This document shows, piece after piece, positions 9,135 through 18,759 of a stretch of 64,000 nucleotides of DNA. The notes beneath the pieces were generated by a model that was not told where the DNA came from, did no database searches, and saw only the letters and a list, made by a program, of their open reading frames with translations. The number at the start of each line of letters is the position of its first letter. Within the stretch, counting starts at the first letter, position 1. This DNA is from Escherichia phage vB_EcoM-LTH01. The stretch lies in sequence record PP430345. One strand, given 5' to 3'. The position numbers and the translations under genes are program-made.

Positions 9135-9623
9135 ATGAAACATTTCAATACACGAACTTTACATATGCTCGAAGATCACGTCGATGAAAGAGCCTACGAA
9201 TTCTTTATGTCTGATTACCAGGGCAAAAAGACTTGGCATTCTCAAGCAGAGGGAGCCAAACCTACATTGACAGTAGATGCACGAAACTCTGGTGGTTCTA
9301 TTCTTTGTGGGTATTGCGGTAGAAAAGCATTACCTATACAAAATCATATTTTAAGAGTTGTGGGCCACTGCTGTGTTTGTAAAGATGCAATGGACCAATT
9401 AGAGATAGAAAATGAGGAAGAAAAAGTAAAAGAAGAAATGGAAAAACTTCTTGACAAGCTCCGTGAAGTTAAGCCAAAATTAAACAAAGAAATCCTTAAA
9501 TTAACGATGCAGGAAGTGATGAAAGAAGAGATTCGCCGCATCGAAAATGGTTTCTTTTCAACTAATGAAAATCGTTTCGGTATCCAAATAAATAATGGGG
9601 AAGATTATGTTGAAGAAGATTAA
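9135..9623 (+). CDS. Cys-rich (zinc-ribbon-like) plus coiled-coil protein; first gene of the plus block
   Basis: CGYCG ... CCVC motifs, Glu/Lys-rich coiled-coil C-terminus; GAGGGG ribosome-binding site. Confidence 0.6.
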   Translation: MKHFNTRTLHMLEDHVDERAYEFFMSDYQGKKTWHSQAEGAKPTLTVDARNSGGSILCGYCGRKALPIQNHILRVVGHCCVCKDAMDQLEIENEEEKVKEEMEKLLDKLREVKPKLNKEILKLTMQEVMKEEIRRIENGFFSTNENRFGIQINNGEDYVEED

Positions 9624-9945
9624 AAAGATTAGTAACAAAGTTCTTGACAAGATTGACCGTTTTTGGGATAAAGTTATGGGATGGGAAGATGATGTAGAAA
9701 TTGACACTTCACCAACCCAATTCAATAAATATTTTGAAGAAAAAGTATCAAAAGGGTTGCAAGGTGGAAAAGAAATGTATACACTGGCTATGCAAGGCGG
9801 CAATGGAATACCAACAATAGGTAAGGATCACTACTTCTATGGCGACATTAATGACGCAATTGAAAAAAGAAATAGACTTCAAGGCTCTAATAAAGTAAGA
9901 TTAGAGGTACGAAAAGTTAAAGTATTTATGATGGAGGTAAAATGA
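9607..9945 (+). CDS. hypothetical protein
   Basis: ORF; start taken at the second ATG, which follows a GGGGAAG ribosome-binding site (track start 9595). Confidence 0.55.
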   Translation: MLKKIKKISNKVLDKIDRFWDKVMGWEDDVEIDTSPTQFNKYFEEKVSKGLQGGKEMYTLAMQGGNGIPTIGKDHYFYGDINDAIEKRNRLQGSNKVRLEVRKVKVFMMEVK

Positions 9946-10208
9946 AAAAGATTATTGCTGCGATTTTTATGATATGTTTCATTTCCGGTTGTGATCAAAA
10001 GGGCGTTGTCGATAAAACTACTAATTACATTTTACCGCAAGAAATGAAAGAGGCAGGTTGTAAGATTTATCGTCTCAAAGCTAACCCAGGAGATATGAGT
10101 CTGAATGTGGTGTATTGTCCTCATGCAGATACTCATATCAAGACTTCGAACGGCAAGACAAAGAAAAGCACTTCAGTAGTTACAGGAGATGTTGACTATG
10201 GGTACTGA
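9942..10208 (+). CDS. putative lipoprotein (88 aa)
   Basis: Signal peptide with lipobox ISGC; ATGA start/stop overlap with the upstream gene. Confidence 0.6.
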   Translation: MKKIIAAIFMICFISGCDQKGVVDKTTNYILPQEMKEAGCKIYRLKANPGDMSLNVVYCPHADTHIKTSNGKTKKSTSVVTGDVDYGY

Positions 10209-10464
10209 TTTTGAGAATAATCTTTGTCCACTAGAAAAGTTCTTTGGGAGGGATGTTTACAAAGTTGATCGTGAAGCAATTTCAAAGCACGGTATGCCTA
10301 AGTTTGCAAGTGACACCGTAGTTAAAGTCACTGACCCTGTAAGCCAGTTTGCAAATAAAACTTACAGGGTAAAAGGAATTATGTATTCTTGTACTTTTAA
10401 CACCTGGGCTTATAGAGTTTTACCAGGTATCTATGTCGTAGAAGCTGATTTGGAGGAAATTTAA
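10189..10464 (+). CDS. hypothetical protein (91 aa)
   Basis: ORF in operon. Confidence 0.55.
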   Translation: MLTMGTDFENNLCPLEKFFGRDVYKVDREAISKHGMPKFASDTVVKVTDPVSQFANKTYRVKGIMYSCTFNTWAYRVLPGIYVVEADLEEI

Positions 10465-10721
10465 TGTTAGATCTTATTGTTGGTGTTTTTAGTGCTGACG
10501 TACAGTTTTCAGTGTTTGTTGTGGTTCTTACTGGATTAGGATTGATCGGTTTTGCATTTGTAAGAACTCTTTATAAATATTTCAAAATCGCCTCTGATTT
10601 TTACAAAGGTAAACGTACAAAGCTGAAGGCTTATCACTTTATCTCAGGGTTTGTTGATCTATACTTTCTGATCATTGTTCCTCAGGTAATTTATCACGTT
10701 GTTTCTTTAATTTTTAGTTGA
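10464..10721 (+). CDS. small membrane protein (85 aa)
   Basis: Two hydrophobic helices. Confidence 0.5.
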   Translation: MLDLIVGVFSADVQFSVFVVVLTGLGLIGFAFVRTLYKYFKIASDFYKGKRTKLKAYHFISGFVDLYFLIIVPQVIYHVVSLIFS

Positions 10722-10746
10722 CACCATATCAAGGGTCATGTAATAT
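10718..10746 (+). promoter_or_regulatory. sigma70-like promoter TTGACA-N17-TAATAT, followed by the CCTATCAAAACAAA element
   Basis: Hexamers read directly upstream of the 10777 gene. Confidence 0.5.
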
Positions 10747-10776
10747 GGCCCTATCAAAACAAACAAGGGGAAATAA

Positions 10777-11139
10777 ATGACTAAATCAAACAAGCATCCA
10801 GTAATCTTTAAAATTGCAGATCTTATTAAAGACGAGGCAGAATGGCAGCGATTCAAAGAATACGTTGAACGAGATATCAAATTGTACGGCCTTGATGCAA
10901 TATTTATCGAGCAAATGTCAGCAGTGGAGTATGTTAAGATCTCCAACGAAGAAGTTGAAAGCAAAATGGTAGAGATTTATAAACTGTCAAAACAGAACGG
11001 TATCACAGGGCATTATTATGGTAAACGTGCAGCTTTGAAAACGGCGCTTTATACTTTTATGTATACTAGAAACATCGATCCTAAAATTATTGAAGAGATT
11101 ATTGTTAAGCCACATGAAGAAGAAAAAGGTAATAAGTGA
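10777..11139 (+). CDS. hypothetical protein (120 aa)
   Basis: ORF with AAGGGG ribosome-binding site. Confidence 0.6.
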   Translation: MTKSNKHPVIFKIADLIKDEAEWQRFKEYVERDIKLYGLDAIFIEQMSAVEYVKISNEEVESKMVEIYKLSKQNGITGHYYGKRAALKTALYTFMYTRNIDPKIIEEIIVKPHEEEKGNK

Positions 11140-11297
11140 TGAAGTATTATGCTATACTGTGTCTACATTGCGGAGAGGATGCTCAAATTCATCCGACCTT
11201 ATTTGAAGACAAAGAAAAAGCAGAGGAAATCCGAGCAGAGATTGCCAGTTCCTCTGAAACATTAATTGCAGAAATACAAGAGGTATATACAAAATGA
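11139..11297 (+). CDS. small ORF (52 aa), translationally coupled
   Basis: Fills the gap; TGATG overlap upstream and ATGA overlap downstream; not in the supplied track. Confidence 0.4.
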   Translation: MKYYAILCLHCGEDAQIHPTLFEDKEKAEEIRAEIASSSETLIAEIQEVYTK

Positions 11298-11518
11298 TGA
11301 CATTCCAGGATATTGGCGTAGATTATCAGGCAGAAATTAATATTACACCTTCAACTGAAAAAGGTAAAATCCTAATCGGTATTGACTATTGCGATCGCGA
11401 AGGTTGTGATTCTGTTGGTATTCGTGTTACTCGTGAACAAGCTCGCAATCTGGCAGAAAGTTTAAATAATCTTGCTGATGAGTTGTTCTTGCAGGAACTG
11501 AAAGAAAGACGGGGTTGA
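11294..11518 (+). CDS. hypothetical protein (74 aa)
   Basis: ORF. Confidence 0.55.
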   Translation: MMTFQDIGVDYQAEINITPSTEKGKILIGIDYCDREGCDSVGIRVTREQARNLAESLNNLADELFLQELKERRG

Positions 11519-11522
11519 TGAT

Positions 11523-11723
11523 TTGAAAGATTTAATGGGTATAGAGATCAAAGTTGGTGACAAAGTGGCTTTTACTTATGACGATCGTAAAACCATATTT
11601 AAGGGGATTATCACCAGAATCATCCCGAGTAAGGGTCTGGCAGAAATAGAGTATGTTGACCCAACTTGGACAAGGACCCAAAGAATCCGAAGAACTTCTA
11701 AATACATTGTAAAAATAAAATAG
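11523..11723 (+). CDS. hypothetical protein (66 aa; start uncertain, TTG at 11523 or ATG at 11534)
   Basis: ORF. Confidence 0.45.
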   Translation: MKDLMGIEIKVGDKVAFTYDDRKTIFKGIITRIIPSKGLAEIEYVDPTWTRTQRIRRTSKYIVKIK

Positions 11724-11731
11724 GGGATTTT

Positions 11732-12427
11732 ATGAGAAACGTAATGAAACCCGAAGTAAAATTGTCTGAATCTGGCGTATTTGAGCGTGTAATCCAGACA
11801 CACCCAGCCTATGGGTTGGCATCAATCACTCACCCAACTGGTGGGAATGTGGAAATGTTCGGATCAGACACGACCCATAATCAACGTGTTTGTTTACGTA
11901 TTGATACCGCATACCAGGAGATCTCTTATGGTTTGCCGTCTTATTATACGTCACGAAACTCTCGTGTCATTGAGATTGAATTAACATCTTACCAATGGGC
12001 AGAGTTAGTGGCATCCCACAGTGGACAAGGCGTACCAATCACATTAAGATATATCAAGGGCGATGGATATGTTCCTGGCATTGAGGGACAACAAAATAGT
12101 TCTGACATGATCGGCTTGAACGTGGATAAAGACTTAAAAGATCTTTTAAAGGACCACTTGGAAGCAGTAATTGAAGTCCAGCAACTTATTGAGAAAGGTA
12201 AGGCAACAAAGAAAGAATTGACTGAACTTAAGAATAAGATCACTCGTGTTCATTCAAAGCTGCCGGATATCACTCAACATGCGATCAACGTGTTTAAGGA
12301 AAACTCCGAGGTTGTTAAGGCGAAAGCACAAGCAGAGTTCGAAGCTTCTGTAAATCGTAAGGTTGTAGAGGCAGGCTTGGAAGCTTTAGGTATTGTACCA
12401 TTACAAATAGGGAGTACCGATGATTAA
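11732..12427 (+). CDS. hypothetical protein (231 aa)
   Basis: ORF with GGGGA ribosome-binding site. Confidence 0.65.
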   Translation: MRNVMKPEVKLSESGVFERVIQTHPAYGLASITHPTGGNVEMFGSDTTHNQRVCLRIDTAYQEISYGLPSYYTSRNSRVIEIELTSYQWAELVASHSGQGVPITLRYIKGDGYVPGIEGQQNSSDMIGLNVDKDLKDLLKDHLEAVIEVQQLIEKGKATKKELTELKNKITRVHSKLPDITQHAINVFKENSEVVKAKAQAEFEASVNRKVVEAGLEALGIVPLQIGSTDD

Positions 12428-12647
12428 TGTTAAGCTGATCAAAGCCCGTGATGTAAAGAAAGGCCAAAAGTTTAAATATATTGTTGATTGTGACTTTACA
12501 GGCCAGCCAATTTATAATAAAGTATACGCAACCTCTGATGCAGTTGTGTCTGGGGATGCTGTTTTCATAGAGGTCGCGGTCGCAGAAACTCTGAGACTGT
12601 TTTATAAAACTGATATCAATTCTGACGTGGAGATTATTAATGACTGA
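12420..12647 (+). CDS. hypothetical protein (75 aa)
   Basis: ORF overlapping its neighbours. Confidence 0.55.
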   Translation: MINVKLIKARDVKKGQKFKYIVDCDFTGQPIYNKVYATSDAVVSGDAVFIEVAVAETLRLFYKTDINSDVEIIND

Positions 12648-12957
12648 CTTTCTGAAAAATGCTGAAACTACTCTTGTGTTTGCTATTCGTGATAATGATG
12701 CAGGTCACAACATTCCGAGCATGAGTATGGGACAAACTGAAGACGGTAAAGCAATTGTCGCAAAAGCTGTATTTGCTGATCAAGAAAGTGCAGACCTGAT
12801 GGCAAGCCACATGAATAAACAACCTGGTGCTCACGAAAATCGTTTTGATGTGGTTATGGTTGAATTGTGGCGACCAACCGATATCGAACTCTACGTTCGT
12901 GAACGCCTGCGTCAAGCAGAAAAAGAAAAAGGTCCAAAAATCCAACTTATTTCTTAA
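12640..12957 (+). CDS. hypothetical protein (105 aa)
   Basis: ORF. Confidence 0.55.
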   Translation: MTDFLKNAETTLVFAIRDNDAGHNIPSMSMGQTEDGKAIVAKAVFADQESADLMASHMNKQPGAHENRFDVVMVELWRPTDIELYVRERLRQAEKEKGPKIQLIS

Positions 12958-12967
12958 GAGGTAATAC

Positions 12968-13357
12968 ATGGAAAAAGAATATGAAGTCTGGATCAAGTGG
13001 GAAGGTGAAGTTTTTAAATTTTTCAAGGGCTATGATAGTGAACAAGAAGCGCAGCATACAGCTTTGAAAATACAAAAGGAATTTCCTGCGTTGGTCAAGG
13101 TCTATAAGGTATCTCGTGAAGAAATTTCTTATGAAAAGGGATACATTATTGAATGTGTTCGATCAGAAACTAACTCCATTAAGGTAGGTAAGAAACTCCG
13201 TGCACAAATCATCTATAATGAGTATAACAATGTTGAGTTTAAACTCCTAGAAGATTTGCCTAACGAAAATGATCTTTATGACGAAATGATATTTGTTAAA
13301 GGTTCCACTATGCCTAAAGATGGTTATCTTTGGAGTTGGAAAGTTGTTGACGAGTAA
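12968..13357 (+). CDS. hypothetical protein (129 aa)
   Basis: ORF with GAGG ribosome-binding site. Confidence 0.6.
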   Translation: MEKEYEVWIKWEGEVFKFFKGYDSEQEAQHTALKIQKEFPALVKVYKVSREEISYEKGYIIECVRSETNSIKVGKKLRAQIIYNEYNNVEFKLLEDLPNENDLYDEMIFVKGSTMPKDGYLWSWKVVDE

Positions 13358-13444
13358 ATAACTGATAATAGGTTCTATCTTAATCAATAGGGGTTTTACT
13401 CTATGAAGCCCCTATAGAGAAATTTCTTATGAAAGGAGTATGTA

Positions 13445-13639
13445 ATGGAGCATATTATTGAGTTAAAGCCGGAAGATTTTGCTGCTGTTGTTAAGCAGTT
13501 TTCTGTTAAATCTGGCTGGAAACATTCCAATGATATTGGATCATTTAACCCTGTGGACCGCACCCACAAAGGTGACAACCGCCGTAAGCTGAAATATGGT
13601 AACATTATCTTTGTTGAAACGGTTGACTCGGTAGAGTAA
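13445..13639 (+). CDS. hypothetical protein (64 aa)
   Basis: ORF with AGGAG ribosome-binding site. Confidence 0.5.
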   Translation: MEHIIELKPEDFAAVVKQFSVKSGWKHSNDIGSFNPVDRTHKGDNRRKLKYGNIIFVETVDSVE

Positions 13640-13682
13640 GTCATGTATTCTGCCCTCATTGGAAACAGAGAGGGCTTTATAG

Positions 13683-14114
13683 ATGAAATTTGAAATCGGT
13701 AAATATATGGTAACAGTACGGGAAGGTAAGAGTCGCAACAAGATTGAGGTCAGCTTAAATCACCACCCTGGGCTTACTCGTGTGTATGTAGATGCCCCTG
13801 AGGACCTTATCCACCCCGTGTTTCGGAAGTTGTTCGAGTTGAAGGTAAAGGGTATTATTGATGAGGTTCAGAAGCGACTTAGTTATGCCTCTGTTTCCAA
13901 CTACATCCCTACTCGTCATCGTTCTGTCAAGTGGTCTGTGCGCGAGTTCAAAAATGAGTTCACGAACCTACATGGTGATATTGACGAGGCCAAAGATAAC
14001 TGGGATTATAACAAAGCCCCAGCAGGTTCTGCGTTTACGGAAACTAAGTTTGGAGATCTCAAAGCCTTTCTTGAGATGCGGAAAGGTGACAAATTAAATT
14101 TGACAGGAGAATAA
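13683..14114 (+). CDS. hypothetical protein (143 aa)
   Basis: ORF. Confidence 0.6.
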   Translation: MKFEIGKYMVTVREGKSRNKIEVSLNHHPGLTRVYVDAPEDLIHPVFRKLFELKVKGIIDEVQKRLSYASVSNYIPTRHRSVKWSVREFKNEFTNLHGDIDEAKDNWDYNKAPAGSAFTETKFGDLKAFLEMRKGDKLNLTGE

Positions 14115-14115
14115 T

Positions 14116-14367
14116 ATGAAGAAGCCAGTACCCCGTGAAGATATTTATGATTACCTAGCAACAAAAACAAAAGGCTCTGATAATCCAGATGTTCTATTCC
14201 TCCAAAAAATCCCTTATGACAAGGATGGCTGCTTTAAGTTAGACAAAGATGCGAAGGTTCTTGATCTTCCTAAGTTATTTGAAGAGATCGGGATGGATAT
14301 TAAGAATATAGAATACGAAGATTTCTTATGCATCTGTGAAGCTTTCCTTCAACGCTGCGGGGCATGA
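14116..14367 (+). CDS. hypothetical protein (83 aa)
   Basis: ORF with GGAG ribosome-binding site. Confidence 0.55.
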   Translation: MKKPVPREDIYDYLATKTKGSDNPDVLFLQKIPYDKDGCFKLDKDAKVLDLPKLFEEIGMDIKNIEYEDFLCICEAFLQRCGA

Positions 14368-14368
14368 T

Positions 14369-14605
14369 ATGACAGATCGTGATTACTTTGATAAAATAGC
14401 AGATCAAGTTGAAGCATCTGTTTACCATGACCTTCGTATTCTTGTTGAAAAGGACTACGAAAATAAGTATCATGTAGATGTAGAAGAAATTGACGAGGAT
14501 TATGACCCAAGTGACGACTGGAGTTCAGAATACACAGGTGTTGCTTACAAGGTGTTTGACAACTTGAAGGAGGCTGCGGAATGGTTGAAGGAAAAGTACC
14601 TTTAG
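14369..14605 (+). CDS. hypothetical acidic protein
   Basis: ORF; start moved to the ATG just after the upstream stop (track start 14336). Confidence 0.5.
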   Translation: MTDRDYFDKIADQVEASVYHDLRILVEKDYENKYHVDVEEIDEDYDPSDDWSSEYTGVAYKVFDNLKEAAEWLKEKYL

Positions 14606-14772
14606 ACGAGTTAGAGTTTGCAAGAACTGTTCTACACCTTGCAAGATCGGGTGAGTATAAAAGTGGAAGAAGTTTACTTATTAAACTTGTTGAAATTTTT
14701 CCTGAGGTGGATAAGAATGAAATTCTTATTCGTATGAAAGATGTTATTCTTCGTAGCATGGGAGGTTTATAA
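14581..14772 (+). CDS. hypothetical protein (63 aa)
   Basis: ORF. Confidence 0.45.
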   Translation: MVEGKVPLDELEFARTVLHLARSGEYKSGRSLLIKLVEIFPEVDKNEILIRMKDVILRSMGGL

Positions 14773-14966
14773 TGTTCGTAAAAGCAAATTTGTCAGGTGA
14801 GGGTGGTCTTAAAGTTGCTCTGCGTGTAGAAGAGATTCTTCTCTTTCGTGAAGGTAATCATTTTGGTGAAGAAACTACCGTTGTTGTCTTCCGTGATGGA
14901 AGTACAGCACATATCACCCAGGATGTTGAAACTTTTGAACAACTGATCAAGGAAAGTGTAAAATGA
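14772..14966 (+). CDS. hypothetical protein (64 aa)
   Basis: ORF with GGAGG ribosome-binding site. Confidence 0.55.
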   Translation: MFVKANLSGEGGLKVALRVEEILLFREGNHFGEETTVVVFRDGSTAHITQDVETFEQLIKESVK

Positions 14967-15349
14967 CAGCGCACGATAAACTGGCAGCTAAGTATGGCCT
15001 AAAATTCGGTGGTAACTTTGCACTGGAAGGGGTTAGTACGATTTCAGAAGACCTCGAAAAGAAATGCGGGTTTGCAATTGATGGAACTCAAAATCTGGTA
15101 AATCTGATAGGTTATATTGAACACTCCGAACTGGAATACCAAAAGACAGGGTTTGCGGGTCGTCGTGTAACAACCTCTCTTGTACGGGGTCTTGCTGTAC
15201 GTGATGGAAGTATCTATGCGATCACAGATGACTACGTATACCGCCTGTATGGCCCCTGGTTGGGCGAAGTCATCACAAGCAACCCTTTCCTTAATGGTTT
15301 GTGGAAAGGTATTGCTGATCAAATTCAGAAGCATATCGAAGGTAGTTGA
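14963..15349 (+). CDS. hypothetical protein (128 aa)
   Basis: ORF. Confidence 0.6.
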   Translation: MTAHDKLAAKYGLKFGGNFALEGVSTISEDLEKKCGFAIDGTQNLVNLIGYIEHSELEYQKTGFAGRRVTTSLVRGLAVRDGSIYAITDDYVYRLYGPWLGEVITSNPFLNGLWKGIADQIQKHIEGS

Positions 15350-15374
15350 CAAGAGGGTGACCCAGTGATAAGCT
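15346..15374 (+). promoter_or_regulatory. promoter-like TTGACA-N17-TAAGCT overlapping an inverted repeat GACCCAG-N7-CTGGGTC
   Basis: Read in the sequence upstream of the hydrolase gene. Confidence 0.35.
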
Positions 15375-15395
15375 GGGTCCTCAATTGGAGGTAAA

Positions 15396-15911
15396 ATGAA
15401 AAAATTAGTTTTATGTGGTTTGATTTGTACTCTGTCTCTGGCACCAGGCGTCACTTATGCCAAAGAGAGAGCACAGAAGGTTATTCATAAATGTACGAAA
15501 AAGGATAATTCTGTAAATGCCTTAGCCTGTAATGTCTATATGGAGTCCCGAGGCGAGACGATAAATGGTCAAATGGCTGTTGCCTTCGTTACAATGAATC
15601 GGATGAAAAATGATAAATTCCCGAGAACAATGAAAGGAGTTGTGTATCAAGCCTCTCAGTTTTCATGGACATTAACTAAATCCTCTTATAGCATAACAGA
15701 TAAAGACTCCTGGGAGGGCGCTCTAAGCATCTCCAAGTTTGTACACAAGATAAAAAATAATGAGGTTTTGTATAAAAGGTTTGACCCAACACATGGATCT
15801 CTGTACTATCATACTAAGAAGGTTAAACCTGTTTGGCGTAAACTTCTAAAAAGAACAGTCACCATAGAAAATCACATTTTTTACAAAGACAAAGAGGAGA
15901 AAAAGAAATGA
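15396..15911 (+). CDS. secreted cell-wall hydrolase, SleB/CwlJ-like (Hydrolase_2 family); candidate endolysin
   Basis: N-terminal signal peptide (MKKLVLCGLICTLSLAPGVTYA); NVYMESRGE...GQMAVAFVTMNR matches the SleB-type hydrolase motif. Confidence 0.6.
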   Translation: MKKLVLCGLICTLSLAPGVTYAKERAQKVIHKCTKKDNSVNALACNVYMESRGETINGQMAVAFVTMNRMKNDKFPRTMKGVVYQASQFSWTLTKSSYSITDKDSWEGALSISKFVHKIKNNEVLYKRFDPTHGSLYYHTKKVKPVWRKLLKRTVTIENHIFYKDKEEKKK

Positions 15912-16120
15912 TAAAACGCATGATACTGACATTTGCTGTAGTTATGACATTTTGGCTAGTAGGTGTCAGATATGTAAAGAATGCTTACTTTGATCATGTA
16001 GCCGACGAGGTTTTCATCCAGATCAGTGTGACTTCCATTGTAATGTATATGGCAATGATCTTATCCCTTGTAGCAGCGGAGATGTTATATGAAAAACGTA
16101 AAAATAAAACTACTAGATGA
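15908..16120 (+). CDS. small two-helix membrane protein (70 aa); holin-like candidate
   Basis: Two hydrophobic helices and a charged C-terminus, immediately after the hydrolase gene. Confidence 0.45.
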   Translation: MIKRMILTFAVVMTFWLVGVRYVKNAYFDHVADEVFIQISVTSIVMYMAMILSLVAAEMLYEKRKNKTTR

Positions 16121-16286
16121 TTTCAGTGATCGCGATGACCATCCAAAGAAAGGTGATATTCTTATAATTGAAGAAATTCACTATGATGATGATTTTTACC
16201 TTGAGAGTGTTATAGCCGTAGCACTAAAAGACAACAAAGGATATCTACTCTACCCATATGAATATGAGGAACTAAATAATGACTAA
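16089..16286 (+). CDS. hypothetical protein (65 aa)
   Basis: ORF. Confidence 0.45.
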   Translation: MKNVKIKLLDDFSDRDDHPKKGDILIIEEIHYDDDFYLESVIAVALKDNKGYLLYPYEYEELNND

Positions 16287-17637
16287 GACAGTGATCGGTA
16301 ACGAAGCAGCGATGCAGGCAATCATGAATGGTGAAAACGTTTTTATCACCGGACCTGGTGGTAGTGGTAAAAGTATGATGATCGCTGCATTGCGTGACTT
16401 CTTTGCCGATAGTTTTCTGTTTGTTGGTCCTACAGGTGTAGCATCATTAAACATCCGTGGTGTTACTGCCCACAAAGCATTTGGTTTGACATTTGGGGTT
16501 ACAACATCTGAAGATTACAAAGCCAAATCCAAAAAGGCATCTATGCTTATGGCATCTGACGCATTAGACGGTATTGTATTTGATGAGATCGGCATGACTC
16601 GAAGTGACAAGCTGAAAGAGATCGATATGAAACTTCGTCACCATCGTAAGTCTGACAAACCTTTTGGTGGCCTACAGGTCATCATGTTTGGTGATGGTTT
16701 CCAGATCAAGCCTGTACTTAAGAAAGAAGAAGTCCCTCTGTTTCGTGAACTACACGGCAAGGAAATCCCTTTTGGATGTGAAACTTGGGAATCTTTGAAT
16801 TTGACCTATGCCTACCTTCCTAAAGTGCATCGTCAAAGTGACCCTGTGTTTGCAGAACACCTGAATAATATCCGTATCGGGAAAAACATCCCTGATGCCG
16901 TTAACTTCTTTAACCAGCGTTGCTTTGGTCGTCCACTTGACGGGGCAGTAACTTTAACTACCACAAACAAGCTGGCAGAAGAGATTAACAACAAAGAGTA
17001 CGCAAAGATTAATGCTGAACAGCATGAATTTAATGCCCGTATTACTGGTGAGTTTGTTGAACGTCCAGTTAATGAAAAACTCTTTCTCAAGGAAGGTCTT
17101 AAAGTAATGATTGTTGTTAACGACAATGATCAGAAGAAGAAAGTGCCTGATTATGTCAACGGTACAGTCGGCATTGTTCGTCGTATCGCAAAAACCTTTG
17201 TTGTTGTAGATATTGATGGCAAGATGGTCCCAATCGGCCCTGCAACATGGAACAACGTCGCTCAAGTACCTGAGAAAAAGATGATGCTTGAAGAGGAAGA
17301 GGTTGATATGCCTGACGGGACTAAAAAGATGATCAAGAAGATGGTTGAAAAGACTGTTCTTGTTGATAAATCTATTGGTGAATACATTCAATACCCATTC
17401 AAGTTGGGCTATGCGATCACTGGTCACAAGGCACAAGGTTTAACTTTAGGTAAGGTAAACATCGATCTCGGCTTTGGTACTTTCACACCTGGTCAAGCAT
17501 ATGTTATGCTTTCCCGTGCCACGAGTGTAGAAGGTCTTCGCCTTTTGAAACGCTTACGAGTAAAAGATATCATTGTTGACCAAGATGTTGTAAACTTCTA
17601 TCACGAGAAGTTCCCCAGTATCTTCAAGGATCAATAA
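16279..17637 (+). CDS. SF1B DNA helicase (Dda/PIF1/RecD-like)
   Basis: Walker A ITGPGGSGKS, Walker B IVFDEIG, C-terminal ITGHKAQGLT motif. Confidence 0.75.
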   Translation: MTKTVIGNEAAMQAIMNGENVFITGPGGSGKSMMIAALRDFFADSFLFVGPTGVASLNIRGVTAHKAFGLTFGVTTSEDYKAKSKKASMLMASDALDGIVFDEIGMTRSDKLKEIDMKLRHHRKSDKPFGGLQVIMFGDGFQIKPVLKKEEVPLFRELHGKEIPFGCETWESLNLTYAYLPKVHRQSDPVFAEHLNNIRIGKNIPDAVNFFNQRCFGRPLDGAVTLTTTNKLAEEINNKEYAKINAEQHEFNARITGEFVERPVNEKLFLKEGLKVMIVVNDNDQKKKVPDYVNGTVGIVRRIAKTFVVVDIDGKMVPIGPATWNNVAQVPEKKMMLEEEEVDMPDGTKKMIKKMVEKTVLVDKSIGEYIQYPFKLGYAITGHKAQGLTLGKVNIDLGFGTFTPGQAYVMLSRATSVEGLRLLKRLRVKDIIVDQDVVNFYHEKFPSIFKDQ

Positions 17638-17719
17638 ATAATTCAAAAAGATGCAATAAACTTGTTGCATCTTTCTCTCAAAGTGATAAAGTAACTGAAC
17701 ACAAACAAGGAGATTAAAC

Positions 17720-17944
17720 ATGAGTTTCAAAGTTGATGATTTTTCTGTAGACTTGTCTGTACTCAATCGTGCACAACTGCTAAGTCTTCGTGACATTAGT
17801 GCCGATCATATCAAAAAGTGCAAACAAGAAGTTAAGGAATCTGAAGAATTTTATGATTCTGTCATTAAAGCGTTAAAAGTTGTTGAGGAGAAGGCGACAA
17901 CTCTGTATACTATTAACGGTAAGCTCGAAATTATTGAGGGATAA
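17720..17944 (+). CDS. hypothetical protein (74 aa)
   Basis: ORF with AGGAG ribosome-binding site. Confidence 0.55.
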   Translation: MSFKVDDFSVDLSVLNRAQLLSLRDISADHIKKCKQEVKESEEFYDSVIKALKVVEEKATTLYTINGKLEIIEG

Positions 17945-17947
17945 ATA

Positions 17948-18157
17948 ATGATGTTTGATATTGTTAAGTTTGAGGAGAGTGGAAAGTGGTACTTTATCAA
18001 TCGTGATAATTCACAGCCCGAAGTGTTCCGCGCGGTCGATGGCATACTGCTGCAATCTTCATCTGTAAATTTCGAAACTGTCGATCTTGCGTTACAATCT
18101 GGCAGTGCAGAGGTAATTGGTCAAGCTAAAGTCACAATAGAGATTTCACTAACTTAG
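17948..18157 (+). CDS. hypothetical protein (69 aa)
   Basis: ORF. Confidence 0.5.
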   Translation: MMFDIVKFEESGKWYFINRDNSQPEVFRAVDGILLQSSSVNFETVDLALQSGSAEVIGQAKVTIEISLT

Positions 18158-18166
18158 GGGAATGAT

Positions 18167-18535
18167 ATGGATCAACTCGGAAAGTTAAAAATCCCACCTC
18201 ACCTATTCAGTAAGCATATTGGTGAGATCATGGAGACTTTTTCAAAATATGGTCATACACAACAATTACGGGAACGTATTGTTAAAGTAATCAATAAACA
18301 CGTTGTTCCTGACCACAAGGGGGAAAGACTGATGAAAAAGATGGTTCGTTGTTTAGTTAAGAAAGAAAACGGTGATTTTGAACGAGCAGCTAAACTTGGC
18401 TATGGTGTCAATGTTTATTGTGCTGAAGGCTATATGTGGTTGCACAGAAACATAGAAGAAGGTAATATCGGCTTTGTTAAGACACTGATCCAAAATGATG
18501 GTTTTGAAATGATCAGTGAGGTTGAATACGCATGA
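18167..18535 (+). CDS. hypothetical protein (122 aa)
   Basis: ORF with GGGGAA ribosome-binding site. Confidence 0.6.
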   Translation: MDQLGKLKIPPHLFSKHIGEIMETFSKYGHTQQLRERIVKVINKHVVPDHKGERLMKKMVRCLVKKENGDFERAAKLGYGVNVYCAEGYMWLHRNIEEGNIGFVKTLIQNDGFEMISEVEYA

Positions 18536-18723
18536 ATAATGTGTTCAAATACGCAATCAATGATGATGTAAGCTTCGATCAGATTGGCGAAAAGTACGGT
18601 AAGAAAGGTGATGGTAAGATCTTGATGCTGCAAGAATACATTCTTTGCAATGCCTACCTTGTCGAGATGAAAGATGGCACTAAGCTTCAAGTTCGTGAAG
18701 AACATATCATTTCCAAAAAGTAA
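18532..18723 (+). CDS. hypothetical protein (63 aa)
   Basis: ORF with ATGA overlap. Confidence 0.5.
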   Translation: MNNVFKYAINDDVSFDQIGEKYGKKGDGKILMLQEYILCNAYLVEMKDGTKLQVREEHIISKK

Positions 18724-18759
18724 GCAGTAAATAAATATAAATTATCAGGAGAAAATAAA

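Noticed and set aside
16954-17436. 160-aa ORF on the minus strand
   Set aside because: Antisense to the helicase gene, which has clear Walker A and B motifs on the plus strand.
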